IMG/VR virus record: IMGVR_UViG_3300020048_000012 | DNA: 64,000 nucleotides | Source: a virus | Reading direction: 5' to 3' (one strand) | In this document: positions 16,686 to 25,900 of the stretch, one piece after another | Layout: each line of letters starts with the position of its first letter | How positions within the stretch are numbered: position 1 is the stretch's first letter | Notes under the pieces: generated by a model | The model's database searches: none | What the model was told of the DNA's origin: nothing | What the model saw: only the letters and a program-made list of their open reading frames with translations | Position numbers and translations under genes: made by a program

Positions 16686-16944
16686 TTTTATTCTTTTCGT
16701 ATATAGATTTCTGTTCTACATACCATTTTTGCCAACTCTGTAATCTATTGGCCATTTCATGGTATGTGCTATAATTTTCAATAACAATATCAAATATCTC
16801 TGATGGCGAAGAATTCACAGGGGTTTGCTTAAGTTCTTTAATAGGCTCCAAAAGTTCTGCTGGAGCATTTGGGAACTCATATCGCACTGGAAGCGTATGG
16901 CATCCAGTCAATAAAAGTACAGAAAGAATTAGTGCGGTTTTCAT
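16675..16944 (-). CDS. o-spanin (Rz1-like lipoprotein)
   Basis: Signal peptide with lipobox LTGC; Pro-rich segment; downstream of the i-spanin. Confidence 0.75.
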   Translation of the reverse strand: MKTALILSVLLLTGCHTLPVRYEFPNAPAELLEPIKELKQTPVNSSPSEIFDIVIENYSTYHEMANRLQSWQKWYVEQKSIYEKNKNGS

Positions 16945-17399
16945 GGGAATTGCGCTTCTTTCTTATTTAAAGCAGCAGCATTTAGCGCTGCGTCATTTAA
17001 AACGTCAATGACTTGATTGTCAATGACGCATTGTTTATTAAGTTTTTCTGATAAATCTTTAAGGCGTTTTTTATAAACAGCAGTATTGACTACAATTTGC
17101 TTATCTTTCTTTGCAATTTCTTCGGCTAATTTCAAATTGGCAGTTTCTGCTTCTGCTTTAGCTTCTGCGATTTGCAGTTCTGCTTTTGCTACTTTTAGTT
17201 CCCATTCTTTCTGGTTAGACATCCCGCCTTCCACAAAAACTCCAAACGCAAGAGATGCAACTAACACTAACTGAATAGGTTTAGCGTAATTGCTTATGAA
17301 TGGCACGAATGAAAAAACAAACGTCGCGAAAATGCCAAATATACTAATTAGCACAATGCCATGAACTACGCCAATAGGAATCAGTGATAGAATCCACAT
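16941..17399 (-). CDS. i-spanin (Rz-like)
   Basis: N-terminal TM helices, Ala/Glu/Lys coiled coil, one C-terminal Cys. Confidence 0.7.
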   Translation of the reverse strand: MWILSLIPIGVVHGIVLISIFGIFATFVFSFVPFISNYAKPIQLVLVASLAFGVFVEGGMSNQKEWELKVAKAELQIAEAKAEAETANLKLAEEIAKKDKQIVVNTAVYKKRLKDLSEKLNKQCVIDNQVIDVLNDAALNAAALNKKEAQFP

Positions 17400-17401
17400 A
17401 A

Positions 17402-17818
17402 TTACATACCTTCTCTAAATCCAGAATTATCCATAGGATCATCATCGTCATTACCGTCATTACGAGTATTTCTTCTAACGCTCGATGAACGATATCGCTT
17501 TGGCATATCTCTATCCCTATTGATCGATGTGCTAATTAAAGCATTTGCAACCCAAGTGCTCATATATAATACGAAATACCACTCTGTCAAACTATTGTCG
17601 ACTATAAGATAAATGAATCCCCATGAACTTATAAGCCATGTCGAAAATCGTATCAATTTGCGATCACTTAATTTACCATTGATCGCAACTAAATCTAATA
17701 AATCAATTGGACTTTTCTCGTCTCTATTTTGATTATAAAGCCATATGAAAATCGCAAATATAATAATGCTCAACGCGATATACATCACGTTTATACCTAT
17801 TATTGCGGAAATGTTCAT
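17402..17818 (-). CDS. membrane protein, holin candidate
   Basis: About three TM segments and a charged C-terminal tail; next to the spanins. Confidence 0.45.
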   Translation of the reverse strand: MNISAIIGINVMYIALSIIIFAIFIWLYNQNRDEKSPIDLLDLVAINGKLSDRKLIRFSTWLISSWGFIYLIVDNSLTEWYFVLYMSTWVANALISTSINRDRDMPKRYRSSSVRRNTRNDGNDDDDPMDNSGFREGM

Positions 17819-18318
17819 ATTGGATTAGGTATTTGCTTTTTTCTACGAACTAATGGTAGTAATTTTTTCAATGGTGTCGTAGTGGACACTTTATCGCCCG
17901 TGGTATTTGCGATAGCCGTCCCGCCTTCGCCTTCTTCTCTAATGAATCTCTCGATCATTAGTTCTTCCTCAACTAGCGTTACTCCACTATCGACCAAATT
18001 GAAAATTTCTCTTACACGACTTTCTTCAATCTGAATTTTCTTTTCATATGCTTCTTTAATCAAGTAATATGCTGCAGCAAATGAAGCAATTTTAGTCTTT
18101 CCACCTGGCAATTGGCCGAGTAAACGTTTTAAAGAAAATACAAGTCGATCAAGCATATCATACGCAGCCTTTTGTTCTGACGTTTGATCTTTAACTTTAA
18201 CTAAAATAGTGCCATCTTTATCAATGACGCCAAGTTTAAACGCGTCCGTCTGGTCAAATGGTGTCACTAACTTAGATAAAATTCTAAATGCAATAATGTT
18301 ATCGACATAATTTGCCAT
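17815..18318 (-). CDS. conserved T4-like hypothetical (probable virion) protein
   Basis: FRILSKLVTPF..TDAFKLGVIDKDG...RLVFSLKRLL motif recalled from environmental T4-like phages. Confidence 0.7.
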   Translation of the reverse strand: MANYVDNIIAFRILSKLVTPFDQTDAFKLGVIDKDGTILVKVKDQTSEQKAAYDMLDRLVFSLKRLLGQLPGGKTKIASFAAAYYLIKEAYEKKIQIEESRVREIFNLVDSGVTLVEEELMIERFIREEGEGGTAIANTTGDKVSTTTPLKKLLPLVRRKKQIPNPI

Positions 18319-18671
18319 TAAATTTTCCTTAATGCGCTTACAGTTGTCATATCTAATGGAATCTCCGAATAATATTCTTCGGGCACTCGATTAAGATATA
18401 TTAAAAAGGTGACTAATGTCGACCAATACTCTTTTTCTATTTTTAAAAAAAGCATATCAGTGACAGCGTCACCAAAAATATTATATAAAACTATGATGTG
18501 ATTCAGAATCAAACGTTCTTTAAGAATTCCATCTTTCTTATATCTATTTAGTAACTTACGAATGTATAAGAATCTCTTTAAGTCTTCTTCAAATTCTTCA
18601 ATCGTATGACATTGTGGATTATCATAATGATTCATACAATATTGAATAAAATTATCTTCAGTAAGTTTCAT
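18318..18671 (-). CDS. conserved T4-like hypothetical protein
   Basis: YDNPQC..EEFEEDLKRF.Y..LILNHIIVLYNIFG motif. Confidence 0.75.
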   Translation of the reverse strand: MKLTEDNFIQYCMNHYDNPQCHTIEEFEEDLKRFLYIRKLLNRYKKDGILKERLILNHIIVLYNIFGDAVTDMLFLKIEKEYWSTLVTFLIYLNRVPEEYYSEIPLDMTTVSALRKI

Positions 18672-18672
18672 G

Positions 18673-18699
18673 AAAAAGGTGGGGGACTTTGATGTCCCC
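18673..18699 (-). terminator. possible intrinsic terminator
   Basis: GGGGAC-atcaaa-GTCCCC, then cacc and T5. Confidence 0.45.
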
Positions 18700-18714
18700 T
18701 CTTATTATAATATA

Positions 18715-19266
18715 TTAGGCTACTGTAACAGTCAAGACTGCTGCATCGGATACAATAGGAGTTGCACTTAAGCTACCTGATACGACAACGCGATATGCGT
18801 CTGTGCTATCGTCAGCCAATACAGTTTCAGCCGTTTCATAAGTAGCAGATGTTGCGCCAGCGATTGCTGTCCAAGCGCCTGCACCGGCTTCTTGCTTTTC
18901 CCATTGATATGACAATGTTCCAACTGAAGCTGTTGCTGTCACGCTAAACAATGCAGTGAGTCCTTCAACTACTGACAACGACTGTGGTTGAGCCGATATA
19001 GTAATAGTTGCAACTTGTGGAAGAGCGTCAATATCTCCCGTTAGCGCGCCTCCAAAAGCTACAAGAGTCTCGGTTTTGTTACGAACATTGCCTTGCGCGT
19101 CCGTATAGGATAATGTCTTGACCCAACCTGGCGTTTTAATGCCAATTGCGCGATTTGCAGCAGAAAGTGCTTCATCGACGCTCACGCCAACTGTTTGTGC
19201 TGCATCAGCAACATTCAAAAATTTTGGCTTGCTTTGTTCAGCGTCTGTGTTATTCCATAAACTCAT
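18715..19266 (-). CDS. virion protein with C-terminal Ig-like domain
   Basis: ITISAQPQSLSV.EG..A.FSVTA...LSYQW...YRVVV...AVLTV I-set pattern. Confidence 0.8.
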   Translation of the reverse strand: MSLWNNTDAEQSKPKFLNVADAAQTVGVSVDEALSAANRAIGIKTPGWVKTLSYTDAQGNVRNKTETLVAFGGALTGDIDALPQVATITISAQPQSLSVVEGLTALFSVTATASVGTLSYQWEKQEAGAGAWTAIAGATSATYETAETVLADDSTDAYRVVVSGSLSATPIVSDAAVLTVTVA

Positions 19267-19276
19267 TTTGTTCTCC

Positions 19277-21796
19277 TTAGATTTTGTGTGAAGTTACAGT
19301 GCCTTTGAATTTAGGCAGTTTAACTTTGTTTGTAAATTGGCTAAAGTCAAACTTCTTAACTTCGCCTGTTTCATCACTACCCTTTTTAGGTCTTCCACGA
19401 CCACGCGATACTGTTGAAACAGGCTTCTTTGCCTTTGTGTCATCGCCGTCATAACTAGTGCCATATGTACCTTTATGTTGATACACTTTTCCTTCGACTT
19501 CGTCGAGTTCTTCAAGTTCTTCCATCAACTCGAGTGTATCACTGACATAGTCATTTACTACGTCTTGATTTTCTTCGTCGAGTGTAAGGAATTCGTCTGA
19601 TTCCATGAATTCAACGACTTGTTCAAGCGTGAAGTCTTTGAGATCGATTTCTTCTGTTACGCGAGAGCCATCTTCGTTCCCATCATTAAATTTGATCTTG
19701 CCAGCAGGGTATTTGCGACCGTATTTGCTGATTTTCTTGTCTGCACGAGCTGCTGTCTTTTTCTCGACTTCGACTTCTGCCGCCTCTGTCAAACTCTGAA
19801 TTAATTGATTGTAGGTTAACATAGATTCCTCTTTAACTGTTTTGATTAGATTATGATAAACGCCTGTTGGGTCTAACTTGTATTTACCACTCTTTTCGGC
19901 ATACTTGCCTTTTTTCCATTTCTTGTTATATTCATCTCTAGACATTGCGCCATGCATCATTCTACTAAAATCCATGTCCATTGCTTTTTTTAGTCTAGAA
20001 GCATTTTCAAAGGCAGATTCATTCATCTGTGTCTCTTCATTCTTTTGCGTATACTTCGCGTTCAATGCGTCATTGCGACGCTTATTGACTTTATCAGAAA
20101 TTTTTTCCATATCGTCAATTGGAGTTTTAACAGGTGTGTTTAGTTTTTTCACAAGAGCTTTAGCTCTATCTGCTAACGAATCATTGAAAGAGCTTTCATC
20201 AAGTTCAACGTTTTCTTTAGTCAACTTATCGACTGCTTTGCGTACACCGGCGCCTCTTTTTTCAGATTTTTTATAAAGTCTATCACCTTTATCATTATAA
20301 CCAGCATCAGCAGCACGCCCAGCATTAAATGCTCTAGATGTATCTGCTTTCTTGATGTAAGAGCCAAGAGTCTTTTTGCTTAATTCATCAAGAGTTTCTT
20401 CTTTAGTCAGTCGATCAATTGCTTTCGAGATACCATTTTGACGTTTGTTACCACGAGCATAATCGCTTTTATCGCCATAATGCTCTTGGTCTTGACCGGC
20501 TTGTTCTGCGTCTTTTGCTGCGGCCTTTACATAAGAGCCAAGAGTCTTTTTGCTTAATTCATCAAGAGTTTCTTCTTTCAATCCAACATAAGTGTGATCA
20601 TGAACTTTAAGACCCTGCTTCTTATAGTGATGCAATGCGGTATTAACTGCGCTTTCACGATCTTTTGCAGTCACTGTTGCACGACGTTGAAATGTTTCTT
20701 TGCGCTTAGATACGGCGGAATGATTAGGATCAGACACCGTAACATTTATGACGTGTTTAGCTTCGTCAAGAGTCTCTTCTCTCATCGCTGGAGATAGATT
20801 GCTTCTCTTAGTTTGCTCGAGATCACGAGTACCATGAACTTCAACGCTATCATTTTCATCGGCCCACTTTGCAAGATGATCGTAGTGCTTAAATGTTTTT
20901 CTCCAAGGAGTTGCTTTCATACCACGAATTCCATGCGCTTCAATAGTGTGGCCTTTTGGAGTAAGCGCCTCGTCGATTTGATTGCCATTTAGTTCCACAG
21001 AATCTCCCATATAGTGTCCTTGTCCATATCCTTTGTTAGATCCAAAATTCCACGATTGTGATTTACCAGATCCAGTAGTATTTATTGCTTTTGGTGTAGG
21101 CTTTCTTGTGATTTTGCTTGGCGCATCTGCGTGACGCCAATTAGCTTTATCTGCTTTCTTACTAAGCGCTGCTTTCTTTTCAGGGTCTTGTTCGCGAAAA
21201 GCCTGATCGCCGCGTTTCTTAGCGAGCGATTTTAATGTGCTTTGTTCGAGTTCATCGATTTGCTCAACTTCTTCGGCGACTCTCTTTGCAGTAGCTGTAG
21301 CGATTGCCATTTTCTTTCCCATATTCATTCCTGGATTCTCGCGTTCCATAGCTTTTGCAATTTCTTCGCGCTTCTTAAGTTCTGCAGGTGTTAATGTCTT
21401 TTCATCAATATTGACTTCTTCATCGCACTTCTCGCTCGTAAGTTTATCGCCAGTTAAACGATCAATTGCGCCGGCACGACCTTTAACTCGCTTAACGATA
21501 GTCTCAGCTTGTTTCGCACCCCGGCCTTTGATAGGTTCATTTGCTTTCTTTAAGTACGAACGAAGAGTGTCTTTAGATAATTCATCGATTTGCTCGACTT
21601 CTTCCTTGACATACACAGTTTTTCTTTTCTTGGTTGAAGTGTCCATTATTTCAAGATGTTTCCCAGGAACTACATCGCGCATAGCCTCCCATGCACCATC
21701 TTTAATCTTTTTTAATACATGTGCATGCGCGTGAACAGGTATGCCAAAACTATCTTTGGTCTCGTCAAGTGCAGTAAATTCGTTAAATGAAAACAT
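19277..21796 (-). CDS. large repetitive head-associated (internal) protein, probable protease-processed polyprotein
   Basis: CTS-like start MFSFNEF; repeated (L/I)DE-LSK.TL.SY..KA modules separated by xxEE/LDE sites. Confidence 0.6.
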   Translation of the reverse strand: MFSFNEFTALDETKDSFGIPVHAHAHVLKKIKDGAWEAMRDVVPGKHLEIMDTSTKKRKTVYVKEEVEQIDELSKDTLRSYLKKANEPIKGRGAKQAETIVKRVKGRAGAIDRLTGDKLTSEKCDEEVNIDEKTLTPAELKKREEIAKAMERENPGMNMGKKMAIATATAKRVAEEVEQIDELEQSTLKSLAKKRGDQAFREQDPEKKAALSKKADKANWRHADAPSKITRKPTPKAINTTGSGKSQSWNFGSNKGYGQGHYMGDSVELNGNQIDEALTPKGHTIEAHGIRGMKATPWRKTFKHYDHLAKWADENDSVEVHGTRDLEQTKRSNLSPAMREETLDEAKHVINVTVSDPNHSAVSKRKETFQRRATVTAKDRESAVNTALHHYKKQGLKVHDHTYVGLKEETLDELSKKTLGSYVKAAAKDAEQAGQDQEHYGDKSDYARGNKRQNGISKAIDRLTKEETLDELSKKTLGSYIKKADTSRAFNAGRAADAGYNDKGDRLYKKSEKRGAGVRKAVDKLTKENVELDESSFNDSLADRAKALVKKLNTPVKTPIDDMEKISDKVNKRRNDALNAKYTQKNEETQMNESAFENASRLKKAMDMDFSRMMHGAMSRDEYNKKWKKGKYAEKSGKYKLDPTGVYHNLIKTVKEESMLTYNQLIQSLTEAAEVEVEKKTAARADKKISKYGRKYPAGKIKFNDGNEDGSRVTEEIDLKDFTLEQVVEFMESDEFLTLDEENQDVVNDYVSDTLELMEELEELDEVEGKVYQHKGTYGTSYDGDDTKAKKPVSTVSRGRGRPKKGSDETGEVKKFDFSQFTNKVKLPKFKGTVTSHKI
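20358..20578. repeat. perfect 47-bp direct repeat (20358-20404 and 20532-20578)
   Basis: taagagccaagagtctttttgcttaattcatcaagagtttcttcttt occurs twice, 174 bp apart; encodes KEETLDELSKKTLGSY. Confidence 0.9.
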
Positions 21797-21797
21797 C

Positions 21798-22244
21798 TTA
21801 ATCTCCGGATTTTAAATATGAGCGCAATTGCCATGCATGCTTAGAGTGTACATTCAATCTTCCTGCGGCATAATCGGCAAGCCCTTGATTGTTTGCAGCG
21901 TTAGCAGATTGGAATAATCTATTTAGGGAGACTACAACCTCATCATTTGCTTTAATCAAATTCATGAACATCTCTGCTGCATACGTAGGCTTAGTCAAAT
22001 CTTCATCGATTGTCTTATATTTAAATAATTCGTCGAGACTTACTGGCGCGTATGAATCTAATGCTCGAATTTCTTCTGCTGTCGTATCAATCGATCCATG
22101 CAATTCTTCATATAGACTGCCAAAGAAACTATGATATTCGCTGAAGTTCTTTCCTTCAACGTTCCAATGATACGATTGCGTTTTAAAATACATAACAAAT
22201 GTATTTGCAAGCACTACATTCGCTATAGCGGTTAGTTCATTCAT
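21798..22244 (-). CDS. dps: Dps/ferritin-like protein
   Basis: YHWNVEG.NF..YH.FF..LYEE..D..AE.IRAL Dps signature; HAWQL. Confidence 0.9.
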   Translation of the reverse strand: MNELTAIANVVLANTFVMYFKTQSYHWNVEGKNFSEYHSFFGSLYEELHGSIDTTAEEIRALDSYAPVSLDELFKYKTIDEDLTKPTYAAEMFMNLIKANDEVVVSLNRLFQSANAANNQGLADYAAGRLNVHSKHAWQLRSYLKSGD

Positions 22245-22252
22245 CTTAATCC

Positions 22253-25141
22253 TTATTTTGTATATGTTGCATGAGCTAAACGAGTGTTTTCGATCTTACG
22301 AACTCTCGGTGCCAACTTCATTGCTAATCTATTTATTAGAGCTTTTCTATTCTGAATAGTCTTCTCGATACGTTCTTTCTCGCCGATGGATAGAGTATCA
22401 AGAGGTTTTTTAGCTAAACGAGTCTTCATTAGTTTAACGGCTAATCTGCGGGCGCGGTTATTAATGACACTCATGCTTGAGTGAGTCTTAAGAGCGATTT
22501 TGATTTTACGTTCACGTTTGGCGGAAGATCTTGCGAATCGCGCTTTTGCTTTAATGCGTTCCATGCGAGATAAGACTTCATTCAACGCCTCTTCTTTGAG
22601 ATCATCGACATGTTCGCCAGTCTCGTCGTCAATCAAGGCGAGTTCATCGTCATCGTATACATCAAGAATATCATCTTCGTGATTAATCGAATTCACGATA
22701 TCGTCCATGTCTTCATCGGACATATCGTCTTCGTCGTCTAGATCTTCGTCTTCAGCGGCTGATTCTTTTAATCGAGCTCTCTCGGCTTGTTGCTTGGCTA
22801 CAAGTTGCTCTTTTTCTTTTGCTTGTTTAGCGAGCAAAGCAGCTTTGTCAGTATTCTTTGAAGCTTCTTTTGCTTGATCTACTTCTTCATGGACATACTT
22901 GACTTTCATGCGACGTACAGAATCAGATTGCTCTGGACTAGTCATAGTATGGCCGACGCCTTTATCGACTGGATGTTCTACGCCAGTATTACGAGCAACA
23001 GACAATTGACGTTTCAATTCTTCGATATCTTTGCCCATGATCTTAGCATTAGATATCTCTTCTAAAATATCAGAGATAAATTCTTCTTTCTTAAGATCAT
23101 TGTCAAATTGCTTGTTCGTGGCTTTTACGATACCACTAAACTTTTTATTGGCGCGATTAGTCCAACGCTTGCCCATTTCATGCTCGCCAGCTTTATGAGA
23201 AATTTCTGCAGCCTTATCTGCCGCACTTGCGTATTCACTTGCCTTTTTCTTATAGCGGCCAAGAAGATCTGTCGATAGTTCATCAAGTGTTTCTTCTTTA
23301 ATCGAATGACGTTCAATCTTTTCAATTGAGCCACCAAACAATTTATAATGCTGCTTCTTCACATCATCATCTGTTGTATCTTTATGAACATTATATGTCT
23401 TTTTAAGAGGTTCGCTAGTCCATTTTGTTTTATAGTGCACTGTGGCTTTATGTCCGGTATCTCCAGAAAACACTTCATCAAGTTCAGTTTCTTCTGATAT
23501 CTTCTTAACTTCAGATGCTGGGTCAAATCTAGTTTTAAAATTCTTTTTACCATATTTAAACTTCGCTTCAATATGACCAGATAATTTATGCGGACCTGCT
23601 GTCACTTCTGCGTCATGCCAAACGCCGCCAAGGTGAACTTTTACTTTATCGCCGACATTATGTTGATTGACTTCTTCTGATAAAGCTTTTGGCGCAAGAG
23701 ACATATCGACTTTAACACCAACTTCCATTGCAAGCGCGAGCATCTTCTTAACGACTACGATTAAATCAGGTGTCATTCGCTTATTCTTAATCTTGCGTAA
23801 CCCAGCATTTACGGCTGAATCGGGTGACATAGACTCGGCGTTTTCAACACCAAGAACATCTGCGATCATGCGAGCGACTTTGATTTTATCACCAGACTTA
23901 ATAGTCTTGTCGGTTAGTTCTTCTTGTATCATATCATCCTTAATTTCGTATGAATCTGCCATTTCGACAGCTGGACTATCGGGAGCGTAATTCGTTAGCA
24001 TGTCTTGAATTTCATGCTCATGAGTATGCCAATAATCAAAATGGTGCATAAACTCACCAATTCTATTCAATGAATCGCGCGCTTTGTCATGAGCAATATG
24101 CCAAGATTTTACTTCATCTTTCTCGGGCGCTACACTATCTTCAAGATGCATATCATTAATTTTCATGTAAGCGTCTGTTGCTTTTAACGCATTCAGCACA
24201 GCAACAGCGTCTGTTATCTCGCCCTTATTATACTTTTCGATCGTAGATTGAAAAGACTTTGCTGCATCAGCAGAGTGATGTAGATTCTTTGTTGTATAGC
24301 CTTTAAATGATACTTCTTCTGGCACATAACCCGAAGTCACATCTTCTTTAATTTTTACTTTATGAATAGCATCAAGCCATTTCTTACTGATGTCACCCGA
24401 CTCATTGACGACAGAAACGTAATTTGGACCGCGGTCAATGATTTCAAAGATATTTGTTCCGTCACTTACTTTATCACCAATGCTAAAAATCTTGCCTGCG
24501 TGGTATTTTTCACGCAATTTATTTGTTTCGAACTTAATGCTTTCTTTAACAATCTCAAGACCTAGTCCTTGACGAATCTCATTCATTAGACGCTTACCAT
24601 CTATATCCAATAGAGTGCGAGGCAGACCATTTCTAAACGCTGCGTAATCACCCTTCTTAGCTGCTTCTCGCATCTTGGTGCCGGACATGCCACTTGCAGT
24701 ATCAGAGTCGGGATCTCTTTCACCCGCTGATACAACTTCGACTGTATCAAACTTAAAGACGTCGCCGTTGTATTTGTGTAGGATTTTTGTGTATTCTGGA
24801 ACTCGATCAGATCCTGCGATCATGATGACGTTCTTGTATTTCTTTGACAGGAGAGTTGCAACTTCAATGAAAGTGCGAATTTGGTCATTCGCAGCAACAA
24901 AGTTAGTCTTTGGAAACATCTTTTCCAAATAATGGACTTTGCGATCTACAGGAAGAGGATTTGACTTTTTGTCGTGGCTGCGAGAAGCAAAAATGATATG
25001 ATCTGCTTTCTGTTGAGAAGCTATCTTTTTGACTGCACCAATAAGTATGGCGTGGCCATTTGTAGGAGGTTGAAAACGGCCAAAAGCAAATACTACTGTT
25101 TTTGAAGGCAGTTCTTTAATAAGACTCTTATATTGTTTCAT
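22253..25141 (-). CDS. HxGH-superfamily nucleotidyltransferase (cytidyltransferase/NMNAT-like) fused to a long head-protein polyprotein
   Basis: N-terminal FGRFQPPTNGH, AGSDRV, SAGERDPD, MSGTKMR; the remainder has xxEE-delimited modules including EETLDELST.LL.RY. Confidence 0.8.
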   Translation of the reverse strand: MKQYKSLIKELPSKTVVFAFGRFQPPTNGHAILIGAVKKIASQQKADHIIFASRSHDKKSNPLPVDRKVHYLEKMFPKTNFVAANDQIRTFIEVATLLSKKYKNVIMIAGSDRVPEYTKILHKYNGDVFKFDTVEVVSAGERDPDSDTASGMSGTKMREAAKKGDYAAFRNGLPRTLLDIDGKRLMNEIRQGLGLEIVKESIKFETNKLREKYHAGKIFSIGDKVSDGTNIFEIIDRGPNYVSVVNESGDISKKWLDAIHKVKIKEDVTSGYVPEEVSFKGYTTKNLHHSADAAKSFQSTIEKYNKGEITDAVAVLNALKATDAYMKINDMHLEDSVAPEKDEVKSWHIAHDKARDSLNRIGEFMHHFDYWHTHEHEIQDMLTNYAPDSPAVEMADSYEIKDDMIQEELTDKTIKSGDKIKVARMIADVLGVENAESMSPDSAVNAGLRKIKNKRMTPDLIVVVKKMLALAMEVGVKVDMSLAPKALSEEVNQHNVGDKVKVHLGGVWHDAEVTAGPHKLSGHIEAKFKYGKKNFKTRFDPASEVKKISEETELDEVFSGDTGHKATVHYKTKWTSEPLKKTYNVHKDTTDDDVKKQHYKLFGGSIEKIERHSIKEETLDELSTDLLGRYKKKASEYASAADKAAEISHKAGEHEMGKRWTNRANKKFSGIVKATNKQFDNDLKKEEFISDILEEISNAKIMGKDIEELKRQLSVARNTGVEHPVDKGVGHTMTSPEQSDSVRRMKVKYVHEEVDQAKEASKNTDKAALLAKQAKEKEQLVAKQQAERARLKESAAEDEDLDDEDDMSDEDMDDIVNSINHEDDILDVYDDDELALIDDETGEHVDDLKEEALNEVLSRMERIKAKARFARSSAKRERKIKIALKTHSSMSVINNRARRLAVKLMKTRLAKKPLDTLSIGEKERIEKTIQNRKALINRLAMKLAPRVRKIENTRLAHATYTK

Positions 25142-25166
25142 GGAGTTCCATCGATAATTAAATGTA

Positions 25167-25337
25167 CTACTTATTTATTCGCTCTTCAATTTCAATCTCA
25201 AAATCTTTTAATGGTTCACTGACGACCAATGGCATGTGAGGAGTCATCTTTGTCCAAGTGCGAGTAAGTTTGTCGGTACCAACTTCGCCTTGCGTGTTCT
25301 CTTCCTTTAACCATTCTTTAAATGTAATTTTATTCAT
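25167..25337 (-). CDS. small CTS-bearing protein (56 aa, MNKITFKEWLKEE...)
   Basis: Translated by hand; absent from the ORF track; T4 capsid-targeting-like N-terminus. Confidence 0.65.
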   Translation of the reverse strand: MNKITFKEWLKEENTQGEVGTDKLTRTWTKMTPHMPLVVSEPLKDFEIEIEERINK

Positions 25338-25899
25338 ACGGCTTCCATGATTTTAAGAATCTCCATCCCGCCTGAGGGCCCATTCGCTTTTCATTTTCAT
25401 CGGGCTCTCTCTTGCGAAAGTACTTCTCTGCCTGAATTACTGAACGCCCAGAGTAACTAAGTGTAAATCTTACCATGATCTCAGGACGAATCTTACCCGA
25501 TTCTGTGGTATGAACAGAACGATGAAATGCGTATACTTCTACTGACTCAAATCCTGCTCTCGATACAGCATACTTAAATGCATGTTCGTAGTTGCTTATC
25601 TCTCTAAAGAATGGATTCTTTGATATAGAAGTCATTTTGGCCTTGCCAAGCAACTTAGCCAATTCTTGATCAGAAACCTGATGAAGTTGTACGACTTCTC
25701 TTTCTTCTTGCAATTTTACGCCCGTCACTTGTTGCACAACTTCCCATGCAGCTTTATTGTTTTTCGCAGCAATGCACGCCTTCAGTTTCTTTACAAGATC
25801 AGGCGTGGCTTTCTCATAGAACTTAATAAGCTCCATTATGCCAATGTTACCCGCATAAGCGAGCTCATTAAGTTGTTCGAAATCTTTATACTTAATCAT
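25330..25899 (-). CDS. probable internal head protein
   Basis: Start MIKYKDFEQLNE (CTS-like); ELAYAGNIGIMELIKFY motif; internal LQEE site. Confidence 0.6.
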   Translation of the reverse strand: MIKYKDFEQLNELAYAGNIGIMELIKFYEKATPDLVKKLKACIAAKNNKAAWEVVQQVTGVKLQEEREVVQLHQVSDQELAKLLGKAKMTSISKNPFFREISNYEHAFKYAVSRAGFESVEVYAFHRSVHTTESGKIRPEIMVRFTLSYSGRSVIQAEKYFRKREPDENEKRMGPQAGWRFLKSWKPYE

Positions 25900-25900
25900 T

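Noticed and set aside
20358-20578. 47-bp direct repeats as a CRISPR array or att sites
   Set aside because: Only two copies, in frame within a coding repeat (58-codon period); no cas or integrase genes.
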